Shown here piece after piece: positions 59,801 through 64,000 of a stretch of DNA of 64,000 nucleotides (position 1 is its first letter; each line of letters starts with the position of its first letter). The notes under the pieces were generated by a model. The model did not search any database, was not told where the DNA came from, and saw nothing but the letters and a program-made list of their open reading frames with translations. Made by a program: the position numbers and the translations under genes. Location of the stretch: assembly GCA_029953675.1 (NCBI GenBank), contig JAMWBK010000007.1, positions 992,001 to 1,056,000 of the forward strand, in the 5' to 3' direction. This stretch comes from Rhodosorus marinus CCMP1338. Lineage: Eukaryota; Plantae; Rhodophyta.

Positions 59801-62315
59801 AAATTTCTATTGCATCGAGTTTTTGGATCTTTTTGCTGTAAAGTTTATCTCCTACTGCTTTTTTTGTCTGGTTGTTTTGGTGTTTTTTTTTTGTTGACTC
59901 GGGCAAGACTATTTTCCTCTTAAGTTTTGAAAGATATGGACATTTTGGACTTTGACTTGGAGAAAGAGAATTCGCTGTCCAATATATCTTCGAGAAACCT
60001 AAATTTTTGTAAACGATATGGTTTCACAAAGGCAGGGAGGTGGGTTAGTAGAAAACATCTATCTTCGTTTTCGGATACAAATATATGAATTTCTAGTATC
60101 GTTCATCATTTCAGGCTCTATTCGCCGGTTCTACCCCAGAGGAAAATACGGGAGAGAAACTCTTACTTTGATATTACTTTCGCAGGATTTGGGAATCAAA
60201 ATAAAAAAATTTGAATAGTGACGTAACTGGCTGGGCGAAAAACGATCGGGATTGAAATATTCCAAATTCAATCATCTTCAGGAACGTGCGCTTTGTAATT
60301 GGTCTTATTAATTTATGTTATGTTGTGGTTTTACACCTTTCGAGTCCATACTCATTTTTTGGCACAAAAAAAAGAGAAACTTGGAGGGGAAATCGCTCAC
60401 CGTACCGACGACAACTCGATTCCCCTTGGGAATAGACATTTTTCCGATTTTCAACGAATATCCATTAATTCCAAATCAGAAACGGTGTTTCAGGGCTATT
60501 TTCTTTTTTTGTTTCTTTTTTCGTCATATTTCAGAGGAGGAAAACAATATTCTGGCGATGGTTTCACAGGCACCACATGAGGGCTACCTCATAAACTACA
60601 AAAACTTAACTGATTGGAGGTTAGGAGTAGCTGAGCGAGGCTAAAATTGGATGTAAAATGTAAAGCACCTTATGTTAGTTTGTTTGCTGATCTTGTAAGT
60701 CGAGGACCCGGACGGTCCGCTTCGCGCCAAGTATGAAGATCTGAGTCTTCTGTTTCCTCTTGTCCTCGAGGAATTTTGTATTCTTCGATTCGAGAGCGTG
60801 GTCGTGGTGCAGTTGCGCCGCCGCGAGGAAGTTTCGTATTCGTTCGGCCTGTTATCGAGGTCTTTCGATTGGTGGCGACTATTTTTCGCCATTTCGATGA
60901 GACTCTCGCTCTCGCTCTTCGCTTCCTCAATTCGTTGAGATTCATGGCTGCGTTTGGCGTTCTAATGTGGGCTTGGTCTCAGAGGCCTTTCTCTCTCGGC
61001 TTTTAGCCTAAGCCTTCTTGCTCTCAGGGTTTCTGTCTCCGAGTAAACGATGGTGGTTCGTTGTTGTTTTTCGCATCGGGCGTTTTCGTGTTTCAAAGCA
61101 CGACGGTGAGTGGTACCTATAACGTGCGGGGAAGGTGCAGGCTTGCAACCTGAATTTGAAATCGATAACTAGCAACGGCTTTAAATGCAGCCCGTCGGCA
61201 GTCAGTGGTCAAATGTAAGCCAGTCTCTGGGAGCGTAGAACTCTTCTGGGGGTGGTTTTGTTTTCTAGGTGCTTCCTTTAAAGCTTGTTTCCCGTACAAC
61301 CGCCGCTTGCTGTGTGCGTTCGCGAATGCGACGCTGTCCTAGCTTTCTAGTTTTCGGTCGGCCTGAACAGCCTGCGCTTTCAGTTGAATCGGGGAATCAT
61401 CGTTCCTCGGGGAACCCCGTGGTTAGCCGCCTTCCCAGCACGCATTCTGACTTCTTAGCCTTTGCAAATACTAGCCGCAGACTAACAGTAACAGAACCTT
61501 AAAGAGAGCCTTGCGTGACTGAAATCATCAAGTTCTCATCATCGTCGCGCAGAACTAGCCCCATCCTACAATTCCTTGTTTCTCTCATGGTGACGTGCGC
61601 CCGGTGTGAAAGAGCGGCAAGGTCCGAATTCTATCGAACCGTCCGCAAAGCGTTTATCACATAGTATTCGCTAACAACTAGGCCATTTCTCGATCGGCCT
61701 GAGTCCGAAAAGTTTTTTATCGGACATGAATTCAAAAGCAACAAGGGCAATCGAGCGATAACTGTCCGATATCTTCAATCAATATCAATCATCTTACGCA
61801 GATTGTTGCGGACAGGCTGTCCATGTCAGGTTTCATCCTACAGAGACAATGCGAGTCACTCGCGCGAAAGTCATGCTAGTCACTTGCTAGGAATATCTTG
61901 GAAAGACCGGGAGGTTTTGATGTCGTGCCGATGAAGAAAGGTCTTTATTTCTCCGGGCCAAAGAGCGGCTCAAGCTCTCTACCAGCTCAAGCCTGTTGAT
62001 CTGGGGTGATATCGTGCCACGTTCTTTCTGGAGGCCCCGTTACCTTTTAGGATCTCGCCTGTTTGTTAAAGTTTCTTGCCTCTTAGCAGATGGAGCTCTT
62101 TTTCTGAAAAGTGACCGAGAAAAGTGGGTCCTACACAAACAACCCCCAGTATAAGGAGTCCTCTATTGCCAGCGTAATCCTTCGCGTTGTAGACGTCTCC
62201 ACCCGGTCGTCCGCCTCTTGTCCTCCGTAGACCCAGCGGAGCTCCCCAAATGCACGAAAAATTATGACGATAAAAGGTAGCCTGCAGATGGACGCCTTCG
62301 AGGAACCAAAAAAAC

Positions 62316-63075
62316 AAAAAACAAAAGGTCCTAACCGTAAAATTCTAAGCATTGGCCAAAGAAAAATTACACCACCACCACGACTTCTATTTTTGTTATA
62401 TTTTAGGACCCGCAAACGGCCACTCCTCAATTACTGTAGAAATAAACCATGCACCTTGAAAAATACAGAAAACAAGATGTGGATACAGGGGAAAAACCCT
62501 GCTCTACGGGCCGGCCAAAAAAAGGGAAAACATTTTGCTGAAGAGATCTATCAGTAGCCAACAATTAGCCCTCCGAAGAGAATATATATTATTAAATATT
62601 ATTACCATAGAACAAGGAAGAGTAAAACGTCGTTTCCGATGGATAATCAATAAAAAATTGATCAGGCCTGGAGAAAAGTTGCCATTATTGAAGAATTGGG
62701 TGTGTTTTTTTTTGTTAGTTTGACAGTTGAGAAGAGTACGCATGTAATGTGCGTTTTTTGGCAGAGAACGAGTTGCTAGTTTGAGGGTGGGGGGACTGGG
62801 TTGAAAAGACGACTGGTGGCTTGACGTAAAAAAAGCCATTTTTTGGGGTACTTGCTTCACCTGGAGATCATGGCAAGTACTCCCGATAAGTCTTGAAGTC
62901 GAACAGCGGCAGGGAAAGCGGCTGGATCTCTTCTTGAAAAGGATAACGAGAGCCGGAGGACGGGGCGGGAGTAGGGGGGCCGGTTCATTATTGAGGCAGA
63001 GACGCGGTTTTCTTTCAAAAGGGAAGAAGGGAAAGTGCTTGCTTATCGGCCACAAGCAAAGACCTTTTGTTTTTT
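62316..63075. repeat. Degenerate long inverted repeat (decayed fold-back/MITE-like)
   Basis: Three roughly symmetric inverted anchors: AAAAAACAAAAGGTC 62316 / 63061, CCTCAAT 62425 / 62990, and GAAGAGATC 62540 / 62925. Confidence 0.4.
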
Positions 63076-64000
63076 TTTTCGGGTGTCCAGAGGCAAACTT
63101 TTTCGTTGAGGGTTTTTTCGCCGGAGTCGCTTTTTTTCTGTCGCTTAATCGTTTTTGGTAGTCGAATATATCGAAAATATGCTTGATGCAAGGGAGAGTC
63201 TTTTCCCGTTGGTGAAGCCCGTGTGTTGGCAAACTGGAAAAGATGGTGAGTGTGGTTTGATAAAAACAAAAAAATAGACGGCTTGTCTAGTCACCACCAT
63301 GGCAGTGGAAGCGGCCATAGTGGTGACTAGACGAGCCGTCTTTTTTTTGTTCCCAAGAGCTAGCAGTGGCAAACGACGTAACCACCACACTGCGTAACTT
63401 GTTCGTCACAAACAATAGCGAGCGGTTCCCCAACGAAATTCTTCAGTTTCTTCCTTCTTACATACTATCGCTCAATGACTTGATTCGGTTATCCGAACTT
63501 TTCCTCCCAGCTTCGTTTAGGCTCCAAACTTTTGCCGATCTGATCATGGCTGACTATGACTCAGCAGCCAACCGAACGTTTTGTGTCAGGGAGCCCTCGT
63601 CTCCTCCCGAAGAAACTCTAACCAGTTCAGTCCAAGATTCGCTGGCCGCGTATCTAATACCCCACCTCCTGTAACAGGGGTTGATTCGTATAGATAGCCT
63701 CTCCTCGGCTACAATGCTCGAACGTGTAAATCCACTCCAGTCTTCTCGTACGAGTATGACCAGGGGGGCGTCGCAACCAAACAAAAGAAGAAGAGCTTGG
63801 ACTCCCAGTAAGTTGGTACCTACAAAACACGCCCAGTGCACCAAATCAATACAAATGCGCGGATCATGCCAATCAGGTTTTTTTTTCCGCGGAACCCCCC
63901 TTTCCGCCTCCGCCCCTGCCCCCTTCACCTGAGGCGAAGATAAAGGATCCCGGCGTTTCTTCTAAGAATGACGTATTGTGCAGTTCTTTAGGCTCTGGCA

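Noticed and set aside
63366-63932. Two in-frame + strand ORFs separated by TAA (63672-63674)
   Set aside because: No recognisable homology on either side, so readthrough cannot be argued.

Overview
Compact eukaryotic genomic window with short GT-AG introns (mostly about 45-240 nt). The plant-type GATA finger, NFRKB and monofunctional HisD suggest an alga, possibly a red alga; this is inference only. Twelve spliced or single-exon genes are recognisable from remembered family motifs (no database search was run): PPP4R4-like HEAT protein, TVP23, beta'-COP, NDT-like mitochondrial carrier, SpoU/TrmH methyltransferase, NFRKB-like, GATA factor, TMEM258 (missed by the ORF track), ZNFX1-like helicase, APC7, cytosolic alpha-mannosidase and proteasome beta2. 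HisD and a solo intact retrotransposon gag-like ORF are also present. The strongest leads are: (1) a 2103-codon ZNFX1-like helicase/NF-X1/RING-like/RZ-finger gene that is intact except for one in-frame TGA at codon 325 and a Cys-to-Tyr change in the RZ finger, both of which an A-to-G change would repair; (2) an intronic box C/D snoRNA in TMEM258 with a 13-nt guide to the 18S A99/A100 region; (3) a nested inverted duplication of a small ORF that could form hairpin RNA; (4) unrelated intergenic tandem arrays that converge on a period of about 166 bp; (5) a CaaX motif on the PP4R4-like protein. An apparent second in-frame TGA in APC7 was rejected because an 84-nt intron removes it.
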